Below are positions 50,156 through 63,259 of a DNA stretch of 64,000 nucleotides, in pieces. The DNA comes from Gekko japonicus (lineage: Eukaryota). The stretch covers positions 334,140 through 398,139 of the forward strand of contig NW_015172604.1 of the NCBI RefSeq assembly GCF_001447785.1, given 5' to 3'. The first letter of the stretch is position 1. Each line of letters starts with the position of its first letter. The translations under genes were made by a program, and so were the position numbers. The notes under the pieces are model-generated. The model had not been told where the DNA came from, did not search any database, and saw only the letters and a list, made by a program, of their open reading frames with translations.

Positions 50156-51321
50156 TTATTTAGTTCAGTTTCTTTTTATAGATAACTATTATTTTATAGA
50201 TAACAACATTTAAATCTCAAGCTCCATAAAAGCAACATCTATTGTGGATCTTTCAGATCTATTAAAGGTAAAACAACGAGAGATGATCTACTAGGGCAGC
50301 AGTCATGCTGGTATATCTAAATGAGGGGGTGACTGAGGGAGAAAAACCAGTACCACGAGCATTCATGTGACATAGAAAGTGTGTCCCCCCCCCAAAGTTG
50401 GTTAAATTCATACTGCCACGATCAGCATAATTCCTCATGTACCTGGGTTCTTCAAAAAGGTGTTGGTGTATATAGCCTCTCTTCAACTTAATTGTGTTAT
50501 TGTTGTAAATAAAGAGCCAACAACCTATGACATCATCAGCCAGGAAAACATCATTGAGAATTCATCAGATTAGGATCAGGAACATCCGGGCTACAATCTT
50601 CACTCTGCCATGACGGTCACTAGACAACTGTAGGCCAGTGTCTTTCTCTACCTCACAGGGTTCTTCTGAGGATTAAATGGGGAGGGGGAACGATAGCGTC
50701 ACGTACACTGCCCTGAGCTACCAGGAGGAAAGACATGATGAAATGCCTAAAATTTACTCACAGGGTGGGGGGGTGGAACGTGATGTCAAGTTGCAGCCAA
50801 TTTACGGCAAGTCTATAGGGTTTTCAAGGCAAGAGACGTTCAGAGGTGGTCTCCCATCCAAATACGAACTAGGGTCAACCCTGTTTAACTTCCAAGATCT
50901 GACAAGATCAGGCTAGCCTGGGCAATCATAGGATAAAGCAAACTTCCAGTTTCACAAAAAAAAACGGCGCGGGGGGGGGGGGGGGGGGGGGGGAGGCCAG
51001 CAGCAAGCCCAAATCAGCTACTAGTTTTCTAAAAGCCACAGAAAAGGTAGGCCCAGATGGAAGACCAAAGCCCACTCCCTCCCACCCAACTGCTGACCCT
51101 GCAAAACCTGGCCCACTGCCTCCAGCTGCTCTCTACTGGAAAGGGACTGTGTCGGCCCTAGTCCTACAGTTTGGTGTAGTGGTTAAGTGCATGGACTCTA
51201 GAGCCAGATTGGTTAAGTGGTTAAAGTGCACAGACTCTAATCTGGGAGAACCAGGTTTGATTCCCCACTCCTCCACTCACAGCTGCTGGATTACCTTGGG
51301 CAAGCCATAGTCCTGTCCAAG

Positions 51322-51517
51322 GCTCCCTCCAAGCTGCGGAGTCTGGTGAGCAAAAATTCTACCTTGTGAGCTACCAGCATTAAAGTGGTGAGCGAGCGAT
51401 TTGGCTGCTGCATAAACTAGTTCACCTTGGAGCCGTCCTTCCTGAGCTGAGACAAAAATGTGTGAGCTGGAGGCTAAAAAACTGTGAGCTAGCTCACGCT
51501 AACTCAGCTTAGAGGGA
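51322..51517. mobile_element. hAT MITE family A (partial) within a tRNA-derived SINE
   Basis: Same internal sequence and right TIR as the other family A copies. Confidence 0.7.
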
Positions 51518-51752
51518 AGGGAAAGGAGTTTGTAAACCGCTCTGAGACTCTGAGTGAAGGGTGGGGTATAAATCCAATCTGTTCTCTCTCTCCCCAGCTG
51601 ATTGACAGGCATAAATTACACAAGTCAAACTTCCCTTGACATAAAGATGGGGAGAGGTAAGAAATGTAATGTCTCTTAAGGGCACAACAGCAGAGTTACC
51701 AAAAAAGTGAGCAAACTCCCTCTCTCAGCCCCAGTCCTTTTTTGTAAAAAGG

Positions 51753-52770
51753 CCAATCCAATCCAAATACTTTTACTGGCATAAAAAGAAAAAAAGGTAG
51801 AACACGGCCAATTTACAGAGAATTTCAATGATAAAAACCATCAAGCATCACATAGAAAAGCTAGACTTTTGTTCCCTGATTGTTATGGCAGCCAAGAGGT
51901 ACCTTGCAACTGAACTTGTAATGTGGGAACATCGGTCAGATAGTAAGAGAGATACTAACTTCGCCTCGGCTCAGATAGACTGTGAAAGTTAGACACAATA
52001 GGTCTAATTATAAAGTCCCACACTTCCCTATAAAAATCACAATGAAGTAAAACATGGGTTACTGTTTCAAGGTGCCTTCCTTTACATGAACAAAGTCTTT
52101 CTTGATAGGGCGTGTTTGCAAACCTCCCAGACAATACCACTGAGGGTAAAACATTGAGTATTGCTAACATAAAAGAGCAGCGTAACTGGGGAGAGGTAAT
52201 CTGGGAAAGGTAAGCAGCAGGCAGTCCATATTCTGGAAAGATACCGAATGCTTAAGGAGAGCAAGTTCTGTGTTCAAGAGAACAGATAGTCTTTTTCTCA
52301 ATATCTAGAATCCACTGTTTCAAAATTCTAAATGTCTGCGTTTCACTTAACATGCAGAGGTTGTCCAAAGAGACACCTATAGAATGTATTTTCTTCTGGA
52401 TCCAACAATACCAGTTGGAAACAAAAGAATCAAAAAGCATCATATGGATACAGCTAGCAGGTTCTGCCCTGAAGTGTAGGCGTAGCCAACACTTTGACGT
52501 TAATAGCCATGCCCTAGTCCCAATCAGATGCATTCCAGTCTCTAAGCACATTGTAGCATAGCTAGCACAGTTGGGGAACCCCCAAAATGCGGCATAAGAA
52601 CGTTGCCTGGATTTGCTCAAGCTGGGTATTAAAGGCGCTAACCCAAATGGGGATCCCGTATAAAAGCTGAGAAATTGTTTTGGCATTCAAGACACAAATG
52701 GCAGCTGGGACAAATTGATTGCCCTTCTTATAAAAGAAACTAACCACCACAGATGAACTGCACCTTGCTA
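51753..52770 (-). mobile_element. Non-LTR retrotransposon 3' fragment (RTE-X-like)
   Basis: Degenerate ORF with a C-terminal CSC...ETVTHVLLHC zinc knuckle; (TTGGA)n tail. Confidence 0.7.
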
Positions 52771-53118
52771 AGATCGTAAAAAGGCAATATCAGCAAACTA
52801 CCTCATGGGGTTGTTCTGCAGCTAGACCCCTTCAGGCTCTCAAGAGCTTTGAAAACTTATGCATTAAGGAGTCTGAGGCGCTTCAGTTCAGGCAAAAGGC
52901 AACCATAGAAAGAAGCGCATAAAATTAAATATAGCTTAGAGACAATGGACAGAGAGAGAACTTCTCTGCATCTCCCCAAATACTGGAACTGGAGGGCATC
53001 TAATAAAGCCGGGAGGCCACAGATTCAGGACAGACAAAAGGAAGTGCCTTTTTTCACACAATACAGCTTTATAGACTTGACTGCCCCCAGAGGCAGCCAC
53101 GGCCAGCCGCTTAGATGG

Positions 53119-53251
53119 CACCTATAGAATGTATTTTCTTCTGGATCCAACAATACCAGTTGGAAACAAAAGAATCAAAAAGCATCATATGGATACAGCT
53201 AGCAGGTTCTGCCCTGAAGTGTAGGCGTAGCCAACACTTTGACGTTAATAG
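53119..53251 (+). repeat. 133-bp copy of 52374-52506
   Basis: Appears identical by eye: CACCTATAGAATG...GACGTTAATAG. Confidence 0.92.
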
Positions 53252-53252
53252 G

Positions 53253-53523
53253 GTGCCGCATGACGGAGTGAGCTCCCGTCTCTAGTTCCAGCTCCTGCCA
53301 ACCTAGCAGTTCGAAAGGAAGAAGTTGCAAGTAGATAAATAGGTACCACTTCGGTGGGAAGGTCACAGCGTTCCGTGCGCCTCGGTGTTTAGTCATGCCG
53401 GCCACACGACCACGGAAACGTCTTCGGACAGCGCTGGCTCTTCGGCTTGGAAACGGAGATGAGCACCGCAACCCTAGAGTCGGACTCGACTGGCTTTCGA
53501 GCAAGGGAACCTTTACCTTTAAA
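53253..53523 (+). mobile_element. Sauria-type SINE body lacking its tRNA head
   Basis: Starts at GTGCCGCATGAC and ends ACCTTTACCTTT. Confidence 0.85.
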
Positions 53524-53892
53524 AGGTAAATGGAGACACTCATGGAGCAAGAAAAGCCCATAAGCAGTAAAACAGCCATAATGGCTCCACGATCCAGAGC
53601 AGTCTATCCCCAGAAACAGGACGGGGTCCCCGCCAGGGCGGCTACCTCCGCCTCAGACCGTTCCTGGGCAGGGCCCCGAGCCCTCTTTTCTCCTCCAGGA
53701 GCTCCTCGGCTAGCGCGGTTGCCAAGCGCTCCAGGTGGGCCCTGGAAATCTCCCCGTGGGAGAGGCGAGAGATCGGCCCCACTGAAAAAAGAGGCCTGGG
53801 AAGGGGAGTCCAGCGCCGCCCCCGCCTCCCAAGCACAGGCGCCCTGCGAGCGGGGAGAAGCCGTATCCGGGGCCGCCCCTCCGGCCTCCTAC

Positions 53893-53964
53893 CTGCCCTC
53901 TGCCCCAAACGCGGCCCCACAGACGACCATCGCCTAGCAACCGCAGACAGCCCGCCATTCTCAT
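53893..53964 (-). CDS. SURF1: SURF1 exon 1, copy A (probable original)
   Basis: MRMAGCLRLLGDGRLWGRVWGRGQ|GTAGG; Arg-rich, like a mitochondrial targeting peptide; phase 0; in a CpG island. Confidence 0.75.
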
Positions 53965-54609
53965 TGCTTCCGCCGGCGGCCGGATGTGACCCGGAGGCAC
54001 TTTCTGGGAAGGGCTGGACTCGTGGGGAAAGGAAAAGGCGGGAGTCGCCACCGCCGACGGCGCACTCATGTTGGGGTGCCGCTCTACCCTCAAGATCTCG
54101 ATGGTACTTTGCACACAAACGCGGACACTCTCGGGGTCCCCGCCAGGGCGGCTACCTCCGGCTCAGACCGTTCCTGGGCAGGGAGGAGGCTGGGGAAAGG
54201 GGCCGTGGAGCTCGGCAGGGGACGGGATGCCTCCCCCGAGCCCAAAACTTGGTTGGTCTTAAAGGCGCCACTTCGGATTTGGACTGTTCACCTTTTCATC
54301 GACATTCTTGGGGGGGGGGCAGAGGAGGGATAGAGGACCCCCACATCACCGAGAGTGGCGTGAAAAGGCCACACGCACGCATACTTTACTTTTCTCCTCC
54401 AGGAGCTCCTCGGCTAGCGCGGTTGCCAAGCGCTCCAGGTGGGCCCTGGAAATCTCCCCGTGGGAGAGGCGAGAGATCGGCCCCACTGGAGAAAACGGCT
54501 GCCTCGGAGGGTGGGCTCTGCAGGGGCCGAGGCCTGGGAAGGGGACCCCCCCCCTCGAGGCAGTCCAGCGCCGCCCCCGCCTCCCGGGACCGCCCCTCCG
54601 GCCTCCTAC

Positions 54610-54681
54610 CTGCCCTCTGCCCCAAACGCGGCCCCACAGACGACCATCGCCTAGCAACCGCAGACAGCCCGCCATTCTCAT
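54610..54681 (-). CDS. SURF1: SURF1 exon 1, duplicate copy B
   Basis: Same coding sequence and donor as copy A, 717 nt upstream. Confidence 0.55.
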
Positions 54682-54744
54682 TGCTTCCGCCGGCGGCCGG
54701 ATGTGACCCGGAGGCACTTTCTGGGAAGGGCTGGACTCGTGGGG

Positions 54745-54839
54745 GTCATGCGGCACACTCAGGTCTTGAACTGCTGAACTACCGACCTTCCACAGCCTGC
54801 AGCTCAGCGTCTTCACCGCTTGAGCCACCGCAGCTCCTT
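54745..54839 (-). mobile_element. Sauria-type SINE tRNA-like head only
   Basis: A box TGGCTCAAGCGG and B box GTTCAAGACC on the minus strand; ends at GTGCCGCATGAC. Confidence 0.85.
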
Positions 54840-55102
54840 CATACTTTACGTTACTGTCTGGTTTATCTTTGGTTCCAGGGAGCGGAAGTGAGGAATGCGT
54901 GAGGGGGGCGCGTTTCCTGTTCCCGACGGGCCGCGAAGGGGGCGGGGCAGCCCAGAGAGACCCGAGGGGGCCGGACACCGGAAGTGAGGTTGCGGCGCGC
55001 GGGGGCCGGCCGAGGCGCCCGGATTGGCTCCTCGCTCCATGCGCGCGCGCCCGTAGCCACGCCCCCTGCCGGAGCGGGCCCAGAAGCGCGCGGAGCCGGG
55101 CC

Positions 55103-55183
55103 ATGAGCGGGCCGTCCGCGGAGGCGCTGGAGGGGTTCCTGGCGCAGCATCCGTCCCTGCGCGTCCTCCCGCCGGGGAACCGG
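55103..55183 (+). CDS. SURF2: SURF2 exon 1
   Basis: MSGPSAEALEGFLAQHPSLRVLPPGNR|gtgagg (FL..HPSLR motif). Confidence 0.9.
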
Positions 55184-58100
55184 GTGAGGCGGCTGGCTGG
55201 GCCGCGGGCGGAGGGTCGCGGGGAGGCCGCTGTCGTTGGGTAGCAGAGGGAAGGTCGCTCCTCTTTCACTGCCGATCCTCCTGCCTCGTGGATGACTTCG
55301 ATTGAGTGCATTTAGGGAGGAAGCGAGGTCTTGTCTGTGTACTTTTATTTATTTTAGATATACCCCCCCCCCTTTTCTCCCCAATATCGGCCCAAAGATT
55401 TATTTTCCCTCCATTTTCATTTATTTATTATTTATTTAATTTTATTTATACCCCGCCCTCCCCGCGTGCGGGCTCAGGGCGGCTTACAACCATATGGCAC
55501 ATAGTGCAATAAAATACAATAAAACAGTTTAAAACAATTTATACATGGGCCACGCCCAAGGATCCTGCGTGACTAAAACCCTCTCTCCATATTGCACGGT
55601 GGAATTTTACCCTCACAGCAACCCCGTGAGGTAGGCGAGGCTGAGAGTGTGTGAGTGGCCCAAGGTCACCCAGCAAGCTTCCACGCGGAGTGGGGATTTG
55701 AGCCTGGATCTGTCAATCCCACTCTAGGCGCTGCCCCACACTGGCTGTTGATGCTTGTGAAGAGATGCGTTTTTTCTCCTGCGAGGCTGGCATGCAGCAA
55801 ATACTCCATGCTGTGTTTTAGCAGTTTTTTTCCTCTAGACGGAGGTGGGAGTCAGTCGGCTTGTTGTACCTCAGCCCACCTTCGTGGGTATAGACAAAAG
55901 GGAAGGTCAGGCTTCCCCCTTCTCTCTCTCCCCCCCCCCTTCAAGCAGAGAACAGAGAGTTGGGGGTGATAAACTCTAATCTAGAGAGGCTTGAGGAAGG
56001 AACGTCCTGGAGACAACAGGAAAAGCTGCCTTGAACTGGGCTGACCAGGGTCAGGTGGAAGGAAAGACAGAAATGATAAAATCTCCTTGCAAGGGGAAGG
56101 GCCCCCCCTCTTTTTCTTGGGTGCTGCAGCCAGGAGTGCGCACAGACCTCTCCTCTGGAAAAGGCAGCAGTTTTGACCATGTGCTCACCTGGAGATCTGA
56201 GGGAAACTTCAAGGTAATGGTCATCCTGTAGGGATTTGTAACTTCTTAAGTTAAATGGGCCAGTCCTGTTTTAACATCAGACAGGGACAGAGAATGTGTG
56301 TGTTACCCCATTTCTTTTGGATTCCTTGCTCAATTATGCTTGTAAGCATTTTCTTTCTATTAAATACTTGATAACTTTTGATGCTGGGAGCAATTCTGTG
56401 TACCAGATAGGCCTCCACTGTCTCAAACACACTATCTGAAGGGGCGTGGCCCGGGGAAGGCAGGCAGTTGGCAAGTGGCTATTCCTTCAGGGGCGCCCTA
56501 GGCAGTAAGCTGTCCCGGCGGTGACCAGGTGCCGGGCAGCGGAAGATACTGAGGCCCTCCCAGTCTTGCCCTGCTTTAATAGTTATTCCTTCTGTCCAAG
56601 GAATTCTTGACTGTAATTTGTCTGGGTGTTCACAGAGGGAATCTCTTAATAAAATTCTGATCACCCTGAGCAGACCACAGTTCTGTCGGGAAAGCCATTA
56701 CATGACCTGGCATGAAACTGATACACTTGTCGTGCTGATTGTGCACTCTAGCTGGCCCTATAGAAAGTGGTTTAGCTTGGTTTGAGGTTCATGCTAGAGT
56801 TACTGTTGTCTTCGTTCATCTGGTCTGGCACTTCTCTCTTATGTATTTTTTATTCTGCCCTTCATCCAAGGAATTCTGAGGCTTACGGTGTGATGATGTT
56901 GGTTCTTCCCAACCCTCCTCAAAGTTCCAGAGCAACTGCTCCCAAAATCCTGGAGTGCTAGAAGGCAGAATCTTTTGGGATAAAATATGTATTTGAGCAA
57001 ACCAAGTTACAGTGGAATAAAATTTATTCCTCTAGTTTTACCACCATATTGGTACAGCTTTTCCCAATTTATGCAGTAAATTCAGATATTTCAGATACCC
57101 TCTTGTGGCAGAATTATAAGCAAGATAGGGCAGTTCTGTAAAGCAGCCTGAATTATCTTAGGCCTCTCTGTTTTGTTTCTCTCTCATAAGGCTTTGCAAG
57201 GCTTAGCTATTGTCATCTCTCAAGTCTCTCTCTAAGCCTGACAATGCATTCTCCTCTAAAAGAACTGTTTACATTTCTGAGTTCCAGCCTCTAAGCCAAA
57301 ACATCTAGATATGAGGACCTGTGACTCCAAGCTCCTGCCTTGATAGGGAGGGTGTTTTTATAATACCACGACTCTGGTCAGAGTGTTCTGGTTAGAAAAG
57401 AGAGGGGCCATCCGATTTCTTCATTGACAGCTAATCTGGATTCTAAAGGTATTTAACACCAGTGTTTGAGATCCTAAGGGCCCTCTGCCAACACTTTGGT
57501 TTAGGTCTTGCCTGAGCAGCCAGATGTCAGACTTTCAGTTTCACTTCTCTTCGGTTTGCTTCACTGCTTGCCATACATCTGGGGGTGGGGGGGCTGTTAG
57601 GGGGAGAGTGTGTGGAATGAATGCCTGCTTGTAGCCATAACCATCTTTTAAGCTTTGCCCCTCAGCCGGTTCACATGGCTTTGAAGATTCCTTAGCCTGG
57701 CTAGAAAGATAAGACACCATATATCTGTCAAGGAGCCATGGTAACACTAGGGCTGACTGCTGGCGTATGTGTGGGGTGTTAGGGGGTGTATTGGATCTCA
57801 CCTATAACCTTTGGTTTTTGTGCACTTTCTTCAGTCCTGACAAAAGTTCCAGAGCCTGAATAAACAAATCTCTAATAAAGCATTTACTGCCAAAAATGAT
57901 TGTGGAGAGTGTCTTAATGGGATCTGACATCAGAATGCATTCCTAATTAGATAATAATTTCTAAATGAATAATAAGTGCACTATTTGTTTATAAGTACTG
58001 ATTTGTCTGCTCTCTTGAATACTGAAATTGCCACTTGCTTGAAAATTTGTGCTGTGTGGTTTATTTTCAGTAAATGGTTTTAATTTTGGAACAGGTTCTC

Positions 58101-58503
58101 TCTGTGTGTGTCTCTCTCAAACTATGGGCTCCTGCCAGGTTCAACCCCCCCCCCCCCATCGAGCCGGGTGGGAATGGGATTCCTAGGAAAATCTGAACTC
58201 TTAATTCCTCCAACACCTCTGAAAGGATGCTCATTTGCAGGTATAGCATGAGACTGGGCACTATTCTTTTGAAGCCATGTGGAGGGCAGTTCAGCCCAAG
58301 ATAAGTAACTCTGAGCCCCAGTGATTTCAAGGGAAGAGATTTCAGCACACACCCAGTCCAAAGAAAATTACAAAGGTGGATTCTCCTTTCCACCACTCTG
58401 CACGTTCCCCCCCCCCATCCTTGCCCAAGGGAGGACGGGGGGGGGGGGTGGTCGTAGGGAGCTGTACGTTTTTTTAAAAAAGGGCCCTAGGGTAGAAATG
58501 TGA

Positions 58504-58809
<306 letters not shown>

Positions 58810-58915
58810 TAGGTGTTGCCCTTGCAGCTCAGCCCTGCGCGGTTGGACTGCTCTCTCCCCCGAGGGGATCCTCTCAGGTAGCGCTTTGGAATAATGGGTT
58901 TCCTAATGTGAGGCA

Positions 58916-59255
58916 TTGGAGCTTCGGTGGCTCAAGTGGTTAAAACACCGAACTGCAGGCTGTGGAAGGTCAGTAGTTCAGCAGTTCGAGACCAGAGCTG
59001 CCGCATGACGGAGTGAGCTCCCGTCTCTAGTTCCAGCTCCTGCCAACCTAGCAGTTCAAGAGCAAGAAATTGCAAGTAGATAAATAGGTACCACTTCGGT
59101 GGGAAGGTAACAGCGTTCCGTGCGCCTTGGTGTTTAGTCATGCCGGCCACATGACCACGGAAACGTCTTCGGACAGCGCTGGCTCTTTGGCTTTGAAACG
59201 GAGATGAGCCTAGAGTCGGACTTGACTGGCTTTTGAGCAAGGGAACCTTTACCTT
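58916..59255 (+). mobile_element. Sauria-type SINE, full length
   Basis: TSD TAATGTGAGGCA; head, body and tail present. Confidence 0.9.
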
Positions 59256-60672
59256 TAATGTGAGGCAAAATGTTCTTTTTATTTCAAAATACTTAGGTTA
59301 AAAGGAGCAACAGAATAATTTTATTCTTCTTTTCCAAAGGATTTAAATGTTGTCAGAAGCACAGTGAACAGATCACAAAGTAACACTTCGGCTCAGGCTG
59401 ACCTAAAATATCTTCTTCCCAAATTACAGTGTGAGAGAATGGTGTGTACAAATTAACTTAATAATTCACAGAAACTTACAGCTAACTTCCCACATTTGAA
59501 GGAATGAGTTGAAACAGATTTATTTAAAACATTCATTAGCTGGCTTTCTTCCTTACAGAACTCAAAAGGACTTACAATACTATACAAAAATACATAAAAC
59601 CAAATTTAAATGCTGTTTCTCGCATGCCTACCAGATGAGCTTCAGGGGGCAGTCAGGGATCTTAATCCCCAGGCAGGAACATGTTTGGCTGTCAGGCAGT
59701 CTCTCAGATGCCCCGGCCCCAAGCCTGCAGGACTTTAAAGGACAACACCAAACCCTGAATCAGGCTTGGGAGCAGATCAGCAGTTGGTTACTCAAACTCC
59801 ATTTGTTCTGGGCTGTTTTCTGGGCCCAGTTTAGAACGCTATAAATCCCTAAGCAGTTTGGATATGTCCTTCCTTTTATTGTTATGCTCTTCTGACTGAA
59901 GGTCTTGAGCAAAGTCAGTACATATACAAGATAAAATACAGAGCAGTGCACATTTTAATACACCATGGCAGGTTAAAACCCATCTCTGTAATTGCATAAA
60001 GAAACTATAAGCGCTAAGAATTTGGCAACAAATCGTATTTCCCCATTAGTGTCTGCCAGCAAAAAAGAGATCACATGTGATTCAACAGGTAGCTGATGCT
60101 GACTCAAGATCGATGTATTCCAGAGGTCTCTTAATGGTGTCCATTGATCACAAAATAAGATGAAGTCATCTAGGATCTCTATTACTCCAGATGCACAGAA
60201 GCAGTAGCAGTTAGAACGTAGCGTTTGGGCGAAGTACCTCCTGAGCTCTGGAGCGGGCAGGACATTCAGTCTGCCTAATATAAAAATGTGCTGATGGCCA
60301 GCAGTTGGAAGGAGGAAGGATACCAGGGGGTTGGATATGTGCAGAAAGGATTGACTTGCAGCCGTGTGCCTCCACTGGCTGTCGTATGGAGGCAGGGGCT
60401 TCTTTACAGGGGCTTTCAGACTGTGGAACTCCTTGCCTAGGGAAGCCCAACAATTTCTGGCTTTGGTTATCAGGGAGCAGGTGAAGGTGGTGCTTTTTCA
60501 CAAAGCATTCGGAATGTACTGAGTGCTATTTGTTATTTTAAGATTGAGGCATGTGGTTTATGCTGGTCTAGTTTGCTGTTTTAGATTTGTGATTGTGTAT
60601 TAGTGATAGAATGGCTTTTAATGGATTTTGTTAACTGCCCTGTGGATTGATAGGCTTGATGTTTTAACATGA

Positions 60673-60852
<180 letters not shown>

Positions 60853-61535
60853 TAATAAATTAATTTACAGCATTTTAGTCTCTTTCTCCAGAAGCAGATT
60901 CAAGGTGGGCTACAATAGTAATATGATTTAAAAACCCACAAAGACCAACAAGCGTATATAATTCACCACTCAACGGCAGGGTCAAAAGCCCTCCAGAATA
61001 ATTCCATCTTGGGCAACTTCTGAAATGGCCATGGAGGCTGTTTGGAGAAGGAAACTTCCCCAGAGGCATTTGATTCCAGGCAAGGCACTCCAAGATAAAA
61101 TTCTCCCTCCTCAGTCTTTACAGTTCTAAGCTGACACCTGAACTCAGCTCCTAGAATGTCCATCCAGGAAAGTGCTGCTGGGGAATATTGAGGCGACAGA
61201 AACACCCTGCTGCTGGGTAATTTGGCCACCCCAAGAGCTGGGGCAAAGGCCACAGCCCCTTCTGAAGGCAGGTTAAAGGGGACAGCAGTGGTGCATTTCT
61301 GATGTGTGCGCCCCGCCCAGGCCACAGGAGCTGGGCTTGGAAGTGGGGGCAGTGAAGAAGCCATTCCCAGCTTCAGCACAGTTTCTGGGTTGGATGGGAA
61401 GGATTCCTTAGCCCCTTGTTCTCAGGCCCTAGAGGCCATGTCTGCTCTTGGGGGGGNNNNNNNNNNNNNNNNNNNNNNNNNNCTCCTTGTCATGTCGTGG
61501 CAACGGCTTTGGGGACGAGCTGATGTCCTCTCTGA

Positions 61536-61790
<255 letters not shown>

Positions 61791-62329
61791 TAGAGTAGAG
61801 GAGGTGGTGGGGGTGGGGTCTCAGTGTAACCCAGAAGAGGAGCTGTGAGTTGCCCAAAGAGCTTGACTCAGGTGTCGTCGTCCCCCCCCCCCCCCCAAGA
61901 AACGCAGAGTTGTAGTCCTCGGGGCTTTGGTGGTGGGCTTCGAAGTGTGTGGGCAGGCCTGCTGAAGCAGAGCAGTGGAATAGCAGAGCCAGGACTGAGT
62001 GGTGATCCCCACTGGCTTCCTTCCCTGTGGTCAGCTGCTGTGCCACACTGGAAAAGCAAGATGGCGTGGTGGTGGTTATTCATTTATTTAATTTATACCC
62101 CGCCCTGTCCCATGATTGGGATCTCTTAATGTGTTAACTGATCCTAACAGTTACTGGATCAGACCCTCAGCCCCCCCCTAATTCAGAGGGTTTTTCCTGA
62201 GAATCACAGCAATCAGTTGGAGTGAGGTGGTCCACGATGGACTACAGCCTTCTGAGGAGGCGAACCATCTGGAAGCGTAGAAGCTTTTTCGCAGAATCCC
62301 CAATTATGTTATGGTTTTTCAAAACAGTT

Positions 62330-62983
62330 TATTCTGTCTTTGGGACACAATCAGGCTAGATCAGTTCTAAAACAAAGAATATTAGATGTCGAACGACAGA
62401 TGGACGTGAGCAGGATTAGGAGCCCTGTATTTGATGTAAGTTCACTTAACAAGATAGCTGTGAGACCTTACATCAAATATTTAGATATCAGCAATCATAG
62501 AAGAATTTTTACCCTATTAAGATACAACGCCTTACCCTCAGCCATAATGGAGGCCAGATTTACTAGATCATTGAGGAAAAGTTGTATTTGTGGGATGGGA
62601 TCTGATGAAACATTGGAACATGTAATTTTCGATTGTCTTATATATCATAATACCAGGGAAGTTTTGATCAAGCCTATAGTTAATTCCTTTCCAGGTCGTG
62701 ATAGAAGGATACTTTTGTCAATTATGCTGGCAGGAGATAATCAAAAGTTGACTAGGATGGTTGCCAAATTTGGTTGGTTGGCATACCAAACTAGGAAAGA
62801 GATAAAGGACAGATAGGCCTAAACCTAATTTTTAATCAAAATTCTGATTCTATTATTTCTGTATTTTAACGTTTTTAGATCCTATTTATAATTTTAGATG
62901 CCAATATATTTTATAATTTTACTGCTCCTGTAACTGTATTCTATTATACTGGTCTATAACCGTAATAAACTTGAATTGAATTG
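62330..62983 (+). mobile_element. Non-LTR retrotransposon 3' fragment (RTE-X-like)
   Basis: ORF 62340-62816 with CICG...ETLEHVIFDC; AT-rich UTR, AATAAA and (TTGAA)n tail. Confidence 0.75.
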
Positions 62984-63259
62984 TATAAAATGTATACAAG
63001 TTGAGAGGTTAGTTAGTCCAGGTGATTGCAGGCATCATCTCTCAAATACAGACAGGCCTTCTTGTACCTTTAAAATGTTTCTGCATAATGATCTCCTTTT
63101 CCTTCCAAATAAATAAATTTCAATTCTCAAAAAAAAAAAGGAAAAAAAAGAATCACCAATTCTCCACATTTCCCAGTTAAGGGAAGAGGCTGTTCAAACA
63201 AATCTTATATACAAAAATATAGATGTAGGGACATCTCACACATGACCTATTCATGTAGG

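Larger units (their letters stand above)
28034..53964 (-). other. SURF1: SURF1 CDS span: join 53893-53964 (or its duplicate 54610-54681), 48985-49066, 47921-48048, 47033-47115, 44111-44302, 40963-41035, 33355-33517, 30111-30192, 28034-28100 (313 aa)
   Basis: Nine GT-AG exons sum to 942 nt in one open frame; cytochrome c oxidase assembly factor SURF1. Confidence 0.93.
53965..55102. promoter_or_regulatory. SURF1/SURF2 bidirectional CpG-island promoter (interrupted by an insertion at 54390-54839)
   Basis: Head-to-head genes; CGGAAGTG ETS motifs near 54883 and 54979; reverse CCAAT (GATTGG) at 55022. Confidence 0.8.

Noticed and set aside
53530-55311. Long ORFs of 312 and 321 aa across the SURF1/SURF2 promoter
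   Set aside because: GC-rich, stop-poor DNA running through duplicated and SINE segments; only the short first exons are credible
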